64,000 nucleotides of DNA from a virus (IMGVR_UViG_3300033233_000010:1-64000); one strand, 5' to 3'. Positions 18,151 to 27,767 are shown, counted from the first letter of the stretch. A program made the numbers and translations. Notes: generated from the sequence alone by a model not told the origin.

Positions 18151-18359
18151 GCTACCCGGACGATCCCACGCTCGCGTTCAGGAACATCCTCATCGAGTCG
18201 TGTGCCGGCATGGCCGTGGCGATCGGCGTGGCGTTCGTCGCCCTCTTCTACTTCCGGCTGTCGCCCGGTGGCGCGGCTGTTCCGACCGCCATCGTCGCAG
18301 TAGCCGTCATGAATGCGGCACACGACCGACTCAAGGGGAATCGAAAGGACCGGACATGA
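18147..18359 (+). CDS. small two-TM membrane protein
   Basis: Two hydrophobic stretches. Confidence 0.6.
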   Translation: MSYPDDPTLAFRNILIESCAGMAVAIGVAFVALFYFRLSPGGAAVPTAIVAVAVMNAAHDRLKGNRKDRT

Positions 18360-18991
18360 TCGAGTTCGACGAGCTGACGGAGCGACTCCTCAACGGCAGC
18401 GACAGCGTGATCGACAAAGCGATCACGCTCGCGACCGTGGCCCACGAGGGGCAGGTCCGCAAGTACACCAACGAGCCCTACATCGAGCACCCCAAGCGCG
18501 TCTCGTGGCGCGTGTCGATGGTGCCCGGCGCTTCGGCTGAGATGATCGCCGCGGCAGTCCTCCACGACACGCTGGAGGACACCGATCTCTCGCCCGAGCA
18601 GATCGAGCGCTACTGCGGCCCGGTCGTGCTCCGCTACGTTGACGGTTGCACCGACAAGTTCGGCCCCGAGGACCACCCCGGGAACCGGAAGGTCAGGAAG
18701 CAGCTCGAAGCGGAGCGGCTCGGGAAGGAGCCGCGCGAGGTCCAGGTGATCAAGCTCGCCGACATCTTCGACAACCTCGTCGGCACCGACCCCAACGACT
18801 CGTTCTCAGAGGTCTTCCTGCGGGAGAAGGTCGCGCTCATGGCGCTCATGGCGCTGATCAGCGGCGCCGATGCGTTGCTCAAGGCCGAGGTCGACGCGGC
18901 TGGCGAGAAGCTCCGCATCGCGTTCGACGCCGCCGCGGCGGTGAAGCTCGCAGCCAAGGCGGCGGCCAGGGCCGCCAAGGGCCCTCAGTGA
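18356..18991 (+). CDS. HD-domain small alarmone ((p)ppGpp) hydrolase-like protein, Mesh1/SAH family
   Basis: A...A..AHEGQVRK...EPYIEHP..V...AAAVLHDTLEDT...V...TD...IKLAD..DNL. Confidence 0.85.
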   Translation: MIEFDELTERLLNGSDSVIDKAITLATVAHEGQVRKYTNEPYIEHPKRVSWRVSMVPGASAEMIAAAVLHDTLEDTDLSPEQIERYCGPVVLRYVDGCTDKFGPEDHPGNRKVRKQLEAERLGKEPREVQVIKLADIFDNLVGTDPNDSFSEVFLREKVALMALMALISGADALLKAEVDAAGEKLRIAFDAAAAVKLAAKAAARAAKGPQ

Positions 18992-19164
18992 GCGAGTTCG
19001 GCGTCAACGGCAAGAAGATCGACATGACCTCCTTCCCGGCGTTCGAGAAGGTGGTGACGCACGCGAAGGACTGTCCGACCTGCAAGACAGGCGACGCTAC
19101 GTGCGCCGATGGCGAGAAGCTCTGGGCCGATTACCAGGCGGTCGACAAGAAGGGGAGGGCGTAG
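18988..19164 (+). CDS. small Cys/His zinc-binding protein
   Basis: H...CPTC.....C..G; GTGA coupling. Confidence 0.6.
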   Translation: MSEFGVNGKKIDMTSFPAFEKVVTHAKDCPTCKTGDATCADGEKLWADYQAVDKKGRA

Positions 19165-19166
19165 TC

Positions 19167-19619
19167 GTGGGCAAGATGAACAAAAAGCTCGGGCACCGTG
19201 TCGGCCACAAGGAGCCCAAGAAGCTCGACGCGCAGGTCACGATCACCCGGCAGACGAACGCCAAGGGCGAGAGCTGCGTCGGGCTCCGCATCGAGGAAGT
19301 GCTCTCGGGGTGCCTCGTCGCCGACGTGACCATGTCGATGGAGCGATTCGCCGAGGCGATCTTCGCGATGGGCAACCAGCCGGCGAAGCTCGTGTTCTTC
19401 GAGGGCGCGGTCGATCGGCTCGGGAAGAAGGGCGAGTCGAAGACGGCCCGGGTGCCGTGCAAGAACGGCCAGCTCCCATCGCCGAAGGATCTCAAGGCGC
19501 TGGAGGTCGACGGCTGGATAGTCAGCGAGGACGCGGAGTACAACCAGCACCGTTTCTCGTCGGAGAAGGGCGTGGGCTCCTACCAAGTCACGCTTCATCG
19601 GTGGGTAGAACAGTGGTAA
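19167..19619 (+). CDS. hypothetical protein
   Basis: SD GGGGAGGG; ORF track. Confidence 0.7.
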   Translation: MGKMNKKLGHRVGHKEPKKLDAQVTITRQTNAKGESCVGLRIEEVLSGCLVADVTMSMERFAEAIFAMGNQPAKLVFFEGAVDRLGKKGESKTARVPCKNGQLPSPKDLKALEVDGWIVSEDAEYNQHRFSSEKGVGSYQVTLHRWVEQW

Positions 19620-19629
19620 GGGGGCGTCG

Positions 19630-19977
19630 ATGATCCGCAACGAGCCGACGAACAAGGAGACGACGAAGACGACCTACATCATCGTCCTCTACAAGCAGAT
19701 GAGCTGTGGGCTCGAAGCCTACGGGCTCAGCAGGAGCACGTTCGGAAGGCAGAGGCGTGTGAAGTGGGAGACCTACGCCGGTATGCCGGGACACGAGTTC
19801 GACACGCTCGCCGAGGCGAGGAAGGTCTTCGCCAGGCTCGACCACGTAAGGAAGGGCCGTCGCGCCGCGATCATGGAGCACGTCAAGCTCGCGAGGGAGA
19901 CGTTCGCGGTCGCCCACTCGCGCGGTGATGTGGTCGAGCGGATCGCAACGCTCGCCGTAGGGGCCAACCAAGCATGA
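19630..19977 (+). CDS. hypothetical protein with C-terminal tag (DVVERIATL)
   Basis: ORF track. Confidence 0.75.
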   Translation: MIRNEPTNKETTKTTYIIVLYKQMSCGLEAYGLSRSTFGRQRRVKWETYAGMPGHEFDTLAEARKVFARLDHVRKGRRAAIMEHVKLARETFAVAHSRGDVVERIATLAVGANQA

Positions 19978-20354
19978 GCGGTCTGAAACCCAACCGGTGC
20001 GGCGTCTGTGGCTCGACGGGATGGGTCGCACGACCGGTCAGCGGCGGTATGAGCATGGGGCCGTGTACTTGCAAGGGCGGCCAGGCGTTCAAGCCCGAGG
20101 ACTTCGCGTGGTTCATGCACGCCGGAGTAGCGAACGCCCCAGATGGGCTTGGGCGCCTCATCCTCGGAGTCCTCAAGGACGGTCGACAGGTGCTCGGCCA
20201 GGCGTTCTCTCCTGTGGAGCTGCTCGCCGCTGTTCGGACGGGCTCGGGGAAGGCCCCGTCGGACATCCTGCTCTACTGCATGCTCTCGGAGCTGAACCGC
20301 CTCAACCTGCGCGTGGGCGAGCTGGAGAAGAAGCTCGCCGAGGGGAAGCCGTGA
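19974..20354 (+). CDS. zinc-finger hypothetical protein
   Basis: CGVCGSTGW...CTC. Confidence 0.7.
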   Translation: MSGLKPNRCGVCGSTGWVARPVSGGMSMGPCTCKGGQAFKPEDFAWFMHAGVANAPDGLGRLILGVLKDGRQVLGQAFSPVELLAAVRTGSGKAPSDILLYCMLSELNRLNLRVGELEKKLAEGKP

Positions 20355-20605
20355 TCTACGAGTCGGCGGCTGGCTCGCGCGTAACCGTCGCGCCCGGCAA
20401 GGGCACCGAAATTCTTCTCGATTGGTTCGAGGAGGAGGTCTGTATCGAGGCCGACCCCCGATTCGAGCCGGATGCGCAAGAACCATGCATCGTCGCAACA
20501 TGCGGCGAAGAGTGTTGCGTCGATCAGCGTGGTGACCCCTACGTATGGGTGATCCCCGTCAAGCCGCTGGTGATCGAGGGGCTAGGTGCGCTCGATGAGA
20601 GCTGA
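20351..20605 (+). CDS. hypothetical protein with C-terminal tag variant (LVIEGLGAL)
   Basis: GTGA coupling. Confidence 0.6.
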   Translation: MIYESAAGSRVTVAPGKGTEILLDWFEEEVCIEADPRFEPDAQEPCIVATCGEECCVDQRGDPYVWVIPVKPLVIEGLGALDES

Positions 20606-21026
20606 GAAGATCGTGAGCGTCAAGAACGACATCGTCACCAAGCTCGGTTGGCTCGGCGTCTCCGAGGAGGAGCTTCGTCGTCGACTCGTGGCGCAGTTCT
20701 CCTTCAAGGAGAGCGACTGGACGCATCTGCGCTACGGTCGCGCCGATCCGAAGACGAAGCACTACGACGACTACAAGAAGCCGGACCGCGAGGATCTTGC
20801 GACAAAAGTCCACGCCGAGATCGTCCGCATCGGCGCCGCTCGGAAACGACCGAAGATTCTCGTGGGAGCTGTCGTCAAGCGCATCTACGCGACCTACCCG
20901 GCGACGGACGCGTTCAAGAAGATGATGGAGAAGCGGAAGGACGCCGAGGAGGAAGCGCGGCTGGCGCGCAAGTTCCCCGACAACGCTCACGACATCTCGC
21001 GGCATGGCCGGAAGGGTAACCTGTGA
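20595..21026 (+). CDS. hypothetical protein
   Basis: ORF track. Confidence 0.7.
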   Translation: MRAEKIVSVKNDIVTKLGWLGVSEEELRRRLVAQFSFKESDWTHLRYGRADPKTKHYDDYKKPDREDLATKVHAEIVRIGAARKRPKILVGAVVKRIYATYPATDAFKKMMEKRKDAEEEARLARKFPDNAHDISRHGRKGNL

Positions 21027-21346
21027 CGATCGAGGAGGCGTGCGCGGCGTCGAGCACCGGCATCGCCCACGGCTACGACTCGGACGGCGTCTACCAGTTC
21101 GCCGCGCAGGGGCCGTCGCTCGCCCCGTGGCCGCCGAACCACCGCCAGCCGAAGCACGTCGTCGTGTGGCCCGCGCTGTTGAAGCCCGGACGGCGTCCGA
21201 TCGTCGACGGGTGGACCCCGCACCTCCACCGCAAGCTCTTCCGAGTCATCAAGCCGGAGGTCCGGGCGAAGCTCGACGCACTCGACTGGAGGCCGGCGCA
21301 CCCCGTCGACATCGTCACGGCGCTGGCGAGGGGCAAGCGACGGTGA
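21023..21346 (+). CDS. hypothetical protein with C-terminal tag (DIVTALAR)
   Basis: GTGA coupling. Confidence 0.7.
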   Translation: MTIEEACAASSTGIAHGYDSDGVYQFAAQGPSLAPWPPNHRQPKHVVVWPALLKPGRRPIVDGWTPHLHRKLFRVIKPEVRAKLDALDWRPAHPVDIVTALARGKRR

Positions 21347-21582
21347 CCTACGAGACGGGCGACCGAGTCGAGGGGCTCGACTGGAGTCACAGGGCCAAGT
21401 GGAACGACCGCATCAAGCTACGCGGAACGATCACCGAGGTAGTCTGGTTGTTGCCTGCGTTAGCCGGTGAGGTCCGCTACCGCGTCCTGTGGGACGGCGC
21501 CGGTGTTCCGACAACTCGGGACTTCGACTCGATCCGCCTTCTCGACGCGGTAGAGCGGCTCGCGGAGCTTGGCGATGTTTGA
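21343..21582 (+). CDS. SH3-like array member 1 (tag DAVERLAEL)
   Basis: YETGDRV...GTITEV...YRVLWD. Confidence 0.75.
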   Translation: MTYETGDRVEGLDWSHRAKWNDRIKLRGTITEVVWLLPALAGEVRYRVLWDGAGVPTTRDFDSIRLLDAVERLAELGDV

Positions 21583-21816
21583 GCCCGGCGATCGCGTCGT
21601 CTTCCCGAGCCGGTGGACGGGCGAGGAGCGCCCGAGGAGTTGGCTCGAATCGGCCAAAGAGGAACCATCGTTAAGGTCGGTCTCGACCCGATCTTCGGCA
21701 ACAAGTTCCACGTCAAGTGGGACGACCCGGTGCTCGTCAGCTTTCCGAGCGACGTGCCCGAGTGGGGCCTTGAGCAGATGCCGGTGGTAGAACGACTGGC
21801 GGAGCTTGACGAGTGA
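21575..21816 (+). pseudogene. SH3-like array member 2, split by a -1 frameshift (tag PVVERLAEL)
   Basis: MFEPGDRVV in one frame; GQRGTIVKV...FHVKWD...tag in the -1 frame. Confidence 0.6.
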
Positions 21817-22199
21817 CCGCGCCCAAGAAGATCCCGCCCGTTCCGCCGTCGACCACTCCCGGCATCGTCGTCACCGGGTCGAAGCAGTTCAGCAAAGCGT
21901 TCACCGCGCCCGAGATCAAGCCGCCAGTCTTCCACGTCGGCGATCGAGTCCGCGAACGCCAGTGCTGGGCCTACAGCCACAACTACGACATGCCCGAGCG
22001 GTGGCCGGAAGATTCGACGCGCCGCGGCGAGGTGGTCAACGTCGGCAAGACCTACGTGATGAAGCCCGTGCGCCTCATCGACGCAATCTGGGTTCTGTGG
22101 GACGGCGACGACGAGCCGGAGCGGGAGACCGACCTCGGCAACATCGTGGTCCTCAGTCCGATCGACGAGATCGCGAGGCTCGCCGATGAGGATCGGTGA
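21813..22199 (+). CDS. SH3-like array member 3 (tag SPIDEIARL)
   Basis: FHVGDRV...GEVVNV...WVLWD. Confidence 0.75.
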   Translation: MTAPKKIPPVPPSTTPGIVVTGSKQFSKAFTAPEIKPPVFHVGDRVRERQCWAYSHNYDMPERWPEDSTRRGEVVNVGKTYVMKPVRLIDAIWVLWDGDDEPERETDLGNIVVLSPIDEIARLADEDR

Positions 22200-22443
22200 C
22201 CGCATCCGGCAACGCGCCGAGTACCAGCGATTCCCTACACGCATGCAGGCCGGTTACCTCGGACGACGTGGAACGATCGTCGTCGTTAACGAGCGTCGCG
22301 TGTTTCGCGCGGAGGGTTTGCTGATTACGTTCACCGTGAAGTGGGATGACGCCGAGGAGGCCGAGGCGGGCGTGCCATACTCCGCGGTGGAGATTCTCGG
22401 CCCCATCGAGCGGATCGCGGAGCTGAACGATGGAAGTCGGTAG
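22186..22443 (+). CDS. SH3-like array member 4 (tag GPIERIAEL)
   Basis: IGDRI...GTIVVV...FTVKWD. Confidence 0.75.
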   Translation: MRIGDRIRQRAEYQRFPTRMQAGYLGRRGTIVVVNERRVFRAEGLLITFTVKWDDAEEAEAGVPYSAVEILGPIERIAELNDGSR

Positions 22444-22663
22444 CCGGGTCGTCGAGCTTCGTCGCTGGCGAGCCTTCGACGCGAAGCTGCGCACCGGCGT
22501 CATCGACGCCGTTCACCATCGGATCGGAGGTCTGACCTTCTTCGAGATCGTGTGGGACGACGGCGAGACCGGATACGGCGAGCGCGGCGTGCCGTCGGGG
22601 TGGGTCGAGCCCCAGGACGCCGTGTCAGCGCTCGCGGAGCTGGCCGATGACGACGCCGGCTGA
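22430..22663 (+). CDS. SH3-like array member 5 (tag DAVSALAEL)
   Basis: VGSRV...GVIDAV...FEIVWD. Confidence 0.75.
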   Translation: MEVGSRVVELRRWRAFDAKLRTGVIDAVHHRIGGLTFFEIVWDDGETGYGERGVPSGWVEPQDAVSALAELADDDAG

Positions 22664-23168
22664 GTGGTTTCAAGTCGGGACGGTGGTGATCTACGTCGGG
22701 GGCGAGATCCCGCACGCCATCGGTCGCCGCGGCGTCGTAACCCACGCGCCCAGGCCCGCGCGTCGCAACATGAGCCCGAAGACGCGGTGGCACTGGGTCG
22801 GGATGCGCGTGCGATTCGACGGCGAGTCGGAGGGCATCTTCGCCTGGCCCGATCAATACGAAGTGGTGGGCGCTGTGGATCTTCTGGCTGAGATCGAAAT
22901 TCCGGCGTCAGCTTCCGTCAGGAAGCGCGTTCGTTCAGTTGTGGAGGACTCTGTGCCCGCGACTCAGTGGCTCGACGCGCGCGTTCAGTCGGTGTCGGCG
23001 AAAGGCGTGGAGCCCGGCCACCTCGGGACGGTCGAGGAGGTCGGGCAGGGCGCCAAAGCCGGCTTCGTGTGGGTCCGGTGGGATAGCTCGCCAGCGCGCT
23101 TCCGCGGGAAGGCCACTCGCGTGGATACGGACGCCCCGGAGCTGCTCGATCACCCGAGGATGCCGTAG
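22647..23168 (+). CDS. SH3-like array member 6, two SH3-like units with tag between (GAVDLLAEI)
   Basis: FQVGTVV...GVV...VRFD, then GTVEEV...WVRWD. Confidence 0.7.
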   Translation: MTTPAEWFQVGTVVIYVGGEIPHAIGRRGVVTHAPRPARRNMSPKTRWHWVGMRVRFDGESEGIFAWPDQYEVVGAVDLLAEIEIPASASVRKRVRSVVEDSVPATQWLDARVQSVSAKGVEPGHLGTVEEVGQGAKAGFVWVRWDSSPARFRGKATRVDTDAPELLDHPRMP

Positions 23169-25972
23169 AGACGGAGAGCCTCGGTCAGCTCGCGCACCTT
23201 TCGGGCGAGCTGGTAGATGTCGTCTCGGATTGTGCTCGCGTCGTTCGCGTAGATGACGAGATCGGTGAAGTTGGCGACCGTATCGGTCGTACCACCAGCC
23301 GTGACGCTGTTCGTGAGCGTGGCGACCGCCGACCGGACGACCGGCGTCGCTCCCCACCACCCGATCTTGACCGTGCTACCCGATCCGAACTGCATGCCGT
23401 TCGTGGTCCCGATCTTGAACTTGACGGAGGCCGACGTGTCGATGCCGAGCGCGACTTCATTCGCACCGGCAGAGGCGCCGTGGCCGATGGCGATCGCTTC
23501 GTTTCCGGTCGCCGTCGCGCTGTGGCCGAGGACGATGCCGTGGTTTCCACCATCAGTCGTTGAGCAGGCCGTACCGATGGCGATGTTGTAGTCGCCGAGC
23601 GCTTCCGCTCCGTCACCGATTGAAACGTTATCTCGCCCGCCACCGGTGTAACTGCCCGCGACGCAGACCTCGCCGATCGCGACGTTGAAGCGGACGGTAC
23701 CGGCGTCGCCGCCCGCGATGCACTGGTCGCCGATCGCGATGTTGCTCTGCGCCTGGAAGGTGACCGACGCGGTAGACGCGCCTGCGATGCACGTCTCACC
23801 GATGGCGATGTTCTCGCCGTTTGCGGCGTGTGAGCCGACGCCAGCGAGAGAGGAGTCACCGATGGCGATGTTGTCGGTGGGGTTGCCGGTCGAACCAACG
23901 CCCGCCTGGTTGTCGTTGCCGAGCGTGATGTTGTAGCCGCCAGTGGAGGCCCCGCTCGTACCCGAGACGTTGTTCGGGCCGATGGCGACTGAGTCGCGGG
24001 TCCAAGTCGTCGCGTTGAGCCCGACGGAGAGGTCGTGCAGTCGATCTGCGACGGTGTTCAGGCCGAACCGCTCGCTCCCCGAGCCGGCCCCAGGTACCGA
24101 CAGTGTTCCGTCAGCCGCGTTGAAGTAACCGGCTAGAGTACTTACGTCTGATGCGCCTGTGCGACCCGTGTAGAAGCCGATGTTGCCGCCGGTGTTCGCG
24201 GCGAGGCGCCCGTAGCCGCCAGCGAAGTTCAGCGCGCCGCCCGTCCCGGTCCTCGTGTAGCCCACGGCGGCGAGGGTGCGGATCGGCTCGGTTGTTGGCT
24301 GGGTCTGGTAGCGCTCCGGGCCGAGCCCGGAGATAAGCCGGCGGAGCCCGGTGCCCGTGAACGGCTGCGCCTGGCGGTAGACACCCGAGCCTGGCGCGTC
24401 CTCGATGTAGATGAACTGACCACAGGCGTCGGCGTTGGCATCGAACAGGTCGAACAGTGGATACTCGCCCGCCGCGAGCGTGAACGAGCCGGTTGTGCTT
24501 CTGTTCGACTCGCCCACGCCGTCGTAGAAGACGGCGAAGTAGTTGTAGGTGCCCGCCGCCCACGTCGAGGACCCGGGGGTCGAAATCGGCGTAGCGGTCG
24601 GCGTGGCCGGTGTAGTGGTGAACGCGGTAGCGCTGTTCGCCTTCGTGCCGTGGAGTGTCGTGCTGACCGCGCCTCGCGCACGTTCACCGGCCCCGAACCA
24701 CACGTCCGTCGCTGGCTGACGCGGCGATCCGGCGATGAAGGTGAGCGGCTGGTCGATCGGCATCGCACCCACACCGAGGAGAGTCTGCGACATGAAGATG
24801 ATGTCTTCTTGACCGACCAGGTAGCCGAGCCCGCAGAGGTTGTCGCCTTGGAGCCCTTCGAGCCCGCTGCTACCAGCGAGAACGACCTGGCGACCGGCGA
24901 CGCCCCCCTGGCCGCCGACCACTGTCACATCGAATGACGGCTGGACCGTGCTGACCTGGTCGATCGCCATCTGGTAGCCGAACCCGTTGACCCTGTTGCC
25001 GAAGGCATTCACACCGATGCCGACGCCGACGCAGTCCGTGTTGCCGACAGTCGTGCCGACGTTCCCACCAACGCCCATGGAGACGGTGCTCGTGCCGCCG
25101 CCGACGATGGATGACCCGACCACGACGACGAAGGTGTCGGTGACAAGGCCGGCTGAAACACCCTGACCAACAGCAGTGTTGTTGTTGCCGGGGTTCACGA
25201 TGTTCGCACCGATAGACACGGAGTTGTCGCCAGCCGCGCTCGAAGGGCCGATGACGACCGAGTTGAACCCGGAGGTCGACGCGTTGCCGAAGACCGTGCC
25301 GAAGTCGTTCAGCGCGGAGCTTGCTCGACCGACGATGGTCACGCCCTGGAAGTTCCCGTCGGTCGAGCCGCTGCCGAGGACGGTCGAGTCGAGACCGCCG
25401 GCCACGGCTCCGGCTCCGAATCGCTCGCTGTTCGCGCCGCCTCCGGGAACCGAGATGGTTGCTCCGAAGAACCTACCGGCGAGGCCAGTCGCTCCGGCGG
25501 TCATCGTTACCGACAAGCCGTGGCCGCTCGTGGTCGCACCCATCGTGATCGTCTGGCCGGCGCCAGAGCCGGCAGTGACGCTGACCTCGAAGGCGTTGTC
25601 CGCGTTGACACCGGGCTTGTCGATGTGGACCGCACCCGAGTCGGCAGTGATGACGCGACCGGCGCCGCTGCCGCCGAAGTCGTAGGCGCCGTCGAGGGTC
25701 ACGCCGCTGGAAGCCGGCGTCTGCCACGTCGCGTGGGTGGCATCCGTCGAGGTAAGCACCTTGCCCACCGTGGGAGGCGCGGCGCTGGAGACGTTGACCG
25801 GAGCGCCGGTTGTCGCGAGCGCGTTCGCGGTCGAACCGCCGCCTGGCGGAGACGGGGCCCAGGCCGAGCCGTTCCAGATGGGAGCGTCGCCGTTGTTCGC
25901 TCCGCTCTGGTTGAGCTTGTCGAGGGTGATGCTACCGGCTTCGAGCTGGAAGCCTTGGACTTCGGTGGGCAT
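23150..25972 (-). CDS. large Gly/Ser/Thr-rich tail-fibre/adhesin-like protein with YadA-head-like repeats
   Basis: 940 aa; repeated N(I/V)(A/S)IG...AG units; fibre-type N-terminal motifs (PIWNGSAWAP, GKVLTSTDATHATWQTP). Confidence 0.7.
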   Translation of the reverse strand: MPTEVQGFQLEAGSITLDKLNQSGANNGDAPIWNGSAWAPSPPGGGSTANALATTGAPVNVSSAAPPTVGKVLTSTDATHATWQTPASSGVTLDGAYDFGGSGAGRVITADSGAVHIDKPGVNADNAFEVSVTAGSGAGQTITMGATTSGHGLSVTMTAGATGLAGRFFGATISVPGGGANSERFGAGAVAGGLDSTVLGSGSTDGNFQGVTIVGRASSALNDFGTVFGNASTSGFNSVVIGPSSAAGDNSVSIGANIVNPGNNNTAVGQGVSAGLVTDTFVVVVGSSIVGGGTSTVSMGVGGNVGTTVGNTDCVGVGIGVNAFGNRVNGFGYQMAIDQVSTVQPSFDVTVVGGQGGVAGRQVVLAGSSGLEGLQGDNLCGLGYLVGQEDIIFMSQTLLGVGAMPIDQPLTFIAGSPRQPATDVWFGAGERARGAVSTTLHGTKANSATAFTTTPATPTATPISTPGSSTWAAGTYNYFAVFYDGVGESNRSTTGSFTLAAGEYPLFDLFDANADACGQFIYIEDAPGSGVYRQAQPFTGTGLRRLISGLGPERYQTQPTTEPIRTLAAVGYTRTGTGGALNFAGGYGRLAANTGGNIGFYTGRTGASDVSTLAGYFNAADGTLSVPGAGSGSERFGLNTVADRLHDLSVGLNATTWTRDSVAIGPNNVSGTSGASTGGYNITLGNDNQAGVGSTGNPTDNIAIGDSSLAGVGSHAANGENIAIGETCIAGASTASVTFQAQSNIAIGDQCIAGGDAGTVRFNVAIGEVCVAGSYTGGGRDNVSIGDGAEALGDYNIAIGTACSTTDGGNHGIVLGHSATATGNEAIAIGHGASAGANEVALGIDTSASVKFKIGTTNGMQFGSGSTVKIGWWGATPVVRSAVATLTNSVTAGGTTDTVANFTDLVIYANDASTIRDDIYQLARKVRELTEALRLYGILG

Positions 25973-26036
25973 CGGCTACGCTCCACCGACCACGATACAT
26001 CTCGCCCCTGATGGGCGCTATCGAGGCTCAGGTGGC

Positions 26037-26270
26037 CTAGTCCAATGGGAACTTGCCGGAGCAGCCGAGATGCGCCGCGGCGAATGCCGCACACGACGCG
26101 TCAGCGGCTCCTGGGTTCTCAGGGAATGGCTGAGGCTCGACCATCTCGCACCACGGGCAGAGGAGCCCCCACGAGTTCGTGGCGAAATCGAGGGGTACCC
26201 ATTCGCAGCGCTCGGCTGGGGGCGTAGCCTTGGGCGGCGTGGTGTCGGGTCGATACCTGTGCTTGCCCAC
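26037..26270 (-). CDS. small Cys-containing hypothetical protein
   Basis: TAGACT 7 nt before GTG 26270; CPWC. Confidence 0.5.
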   Translation of the reverse strand: MGKHRYRPDTTPPKATPPAERCEWVPLDFATNSWGLLCPWCEMVEPQPFPENPGAADASCAAFAAAHLGCSGKFPLD

Positions 26271-26302
26271 GACAACGAGTCTACGCCTGGGCCGCTGAAT
26301 CG

Positions 26303-26578
26303 TCAGTTCATCTCGATCCAGTTGTGCCAGATGTAGTTCGAGAGCCGCTTCATGACCACCACGTCGCCGCGCTGACACGCCGGGTTCGCCTTGAAGTGCT
26401 CCCAGACGCCAGCCGCGATCTCCTCGGTGATCTCCGGGTCGATGGACGAGACCCACTTGTGCCAGATGTGGGCGATCATCAGGATGTGCTCGCGCTGGAC
26501 GGCGTTGACCTTGAAGCCCACGGCGGTCTTCTTCTGCGGTTCGGGTTGCTTCGGTGCCTCGAAGTTGAAGCGCTTCAT
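26303..26578 (-). CDS. hypothetical protein
   Basis: GGTAGAAT 7 nt before ATG. Confidence 0.75.
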   Translation of the reverse strand: MKRFNFEAPKQPEPQKKTAVGFKVNAVQREHILMIAHIWHKWVSSIDPEITEEIAAGVWEHFKANPACQRGDVVVMKRLSNYIWHNWIEMN

Positions 26579-26602
26579 GGTTCGGATTCTACCCCCAGAC
26601 CA

Positions 26603-26845
26603 TTAGAGAAACTCACCGACCCCGATAAACTCGCCGTTGACGGTCACGCCGCAGAAGCCGGCGGGAAGCGGTTTGAGGTCGGCTTCGACCGCGTCCAACC
26701 CTGCGTCGAGCAGATGCCGCAGCACGACCGTGAACGGGAGATCCGAGTTGCCGTTCTCCAGCCCCAGCCGGAGCCGGAACCGCTCGACGCGCTTGCGCAA
26801 CTCGGGCGATACGCCAACGACGAGGTAGGTGTCCTTCGTAGCCAC
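26603..26845 (-). CDS. possible ribbon-helix-helix DNA-binding protein
   Basis: Strand-helix-helix pattern (YLVVGVSPELRKRVE...VVLRHLLDAGL); SD GAGGGAGA. Confidence 0.45.
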   Translation of the reverse strand: MATKDTYLVVGVSPELRKRVERFRLRLGLENGNSDLPFTVVLRHLLDAGLDAVEADLKPLPAGFCGVTVNGEFIGVGEFL

Positions 26846-26910
26846 GCGACTCTCCCTCAAAGGCCGTTCTACCCCCGCCTGGTCTCGGGCGGCGGTTACC
26901 GGCTCGGTCG

Positions 26911-27111
26911 TCATCGCAGCTCCTCGCCGCAGAAGGGACAGAACCACACCTGAGTCCCGTACTCCCGAGAGCCCCCGCTTCCGCCGAACACGTACCAGAC
27001 CTCTTTGTCGTCATCCCACAGCGGGAGCGACGCGATCGCCGGGCCGTAAAAGAACTCCTCGGCGTCGCAGGACCGGTCGAGCTGGAGACATTCGTGGGTC
27101 TTGGCGCTCAT
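26911..27111 (-). CDS. small Cys-rich protein (CPFCG)
   Basis: ATGA overlap with dcd stop. Confidence 0.65.
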   Translation of the reverse strand: MSAKTHECLQLDRSCDAEEFFYGPAIASLPLWDDDKEVWYVFGGSGGSREYGTQVWFCPFCGEELR

Positions 27112-27767
27112 ACCTTCGGGAGAACGACGACCGGGCCTTGCCCTTGGTATTTCCCGGCCTTCCCGGCGTTCTTCTGGGCGTAGCTCAGCTCGCAGGGCTC
27201 GTCGGCCTCGAAGAAGAGAACCTGAGCGATCCCCTCGTTCGCGTAGATGCGCGCCGGAAGCGGCGTCGTGTTGCTGATTTCGATGGTCACGAAGCCCTGC
27301 CACCCCGGCTCCAGAGGCGTTACGTTGCACACGATCCCGCAACGCGCGTAAGTGGACTTGCCCAAAACGATTGCGAGGACGTTCTCGGGGATCTTGAACT
27401 CCTCGACGGAGCGCGCGAGGGCGAACGAGTTGGGCGGGATGCGGACGAAAGTATCGGTCTGCACGTCCTCGAATGCGCGCTCGTCGAGGTTCTTCGGGTC
27501 CACCTCGACGCAGTGGACGTTCTTGAAGACCTTGAACGAGTCGGCGACGCGCATGTCGTAGCCGTAGCTCGACACGCCGAACGAGACGACGCCACGCATG
27601 CCCGCCGACAAGGCAACTGCGCCGCCGTCGGGACGACCACCGACGAGCGTGCCCTTCACAGAGGCGACCGGCACTTCCTTCACGGCCTTCGCCTCGAAGG
27701 GCCAGATCATCTGATGCTCGGCGGCCATCCGCCTGATCCACTTGTCCGACTTGATCGAACCGCTCAT
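27108..27767 (-). CDS. dcd: dCTP deaminase
   Basis: [51 protein letters not shown]. Confidence 0.95.
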   Translation of the reverse strand: MSGSIKSDKWIRRMAAEHQMIWPFEAKAVKEVPVASVKGTLVGGRPDGGAVALSAGMRGVVSFGVSSYGYDMRVADSFKVFKNVHCVEVDPKNLDERAFEDVQTDTFVRIPPNSFALARSVEEFKIPENVLAIVLGKSTYARCGIVCNVTPLEPGWQGFVTIEISNTTPLPARIYANEGIAQVLFFEADEPCELSYAQKNAGKAGKYQGQGPVVVLPKV

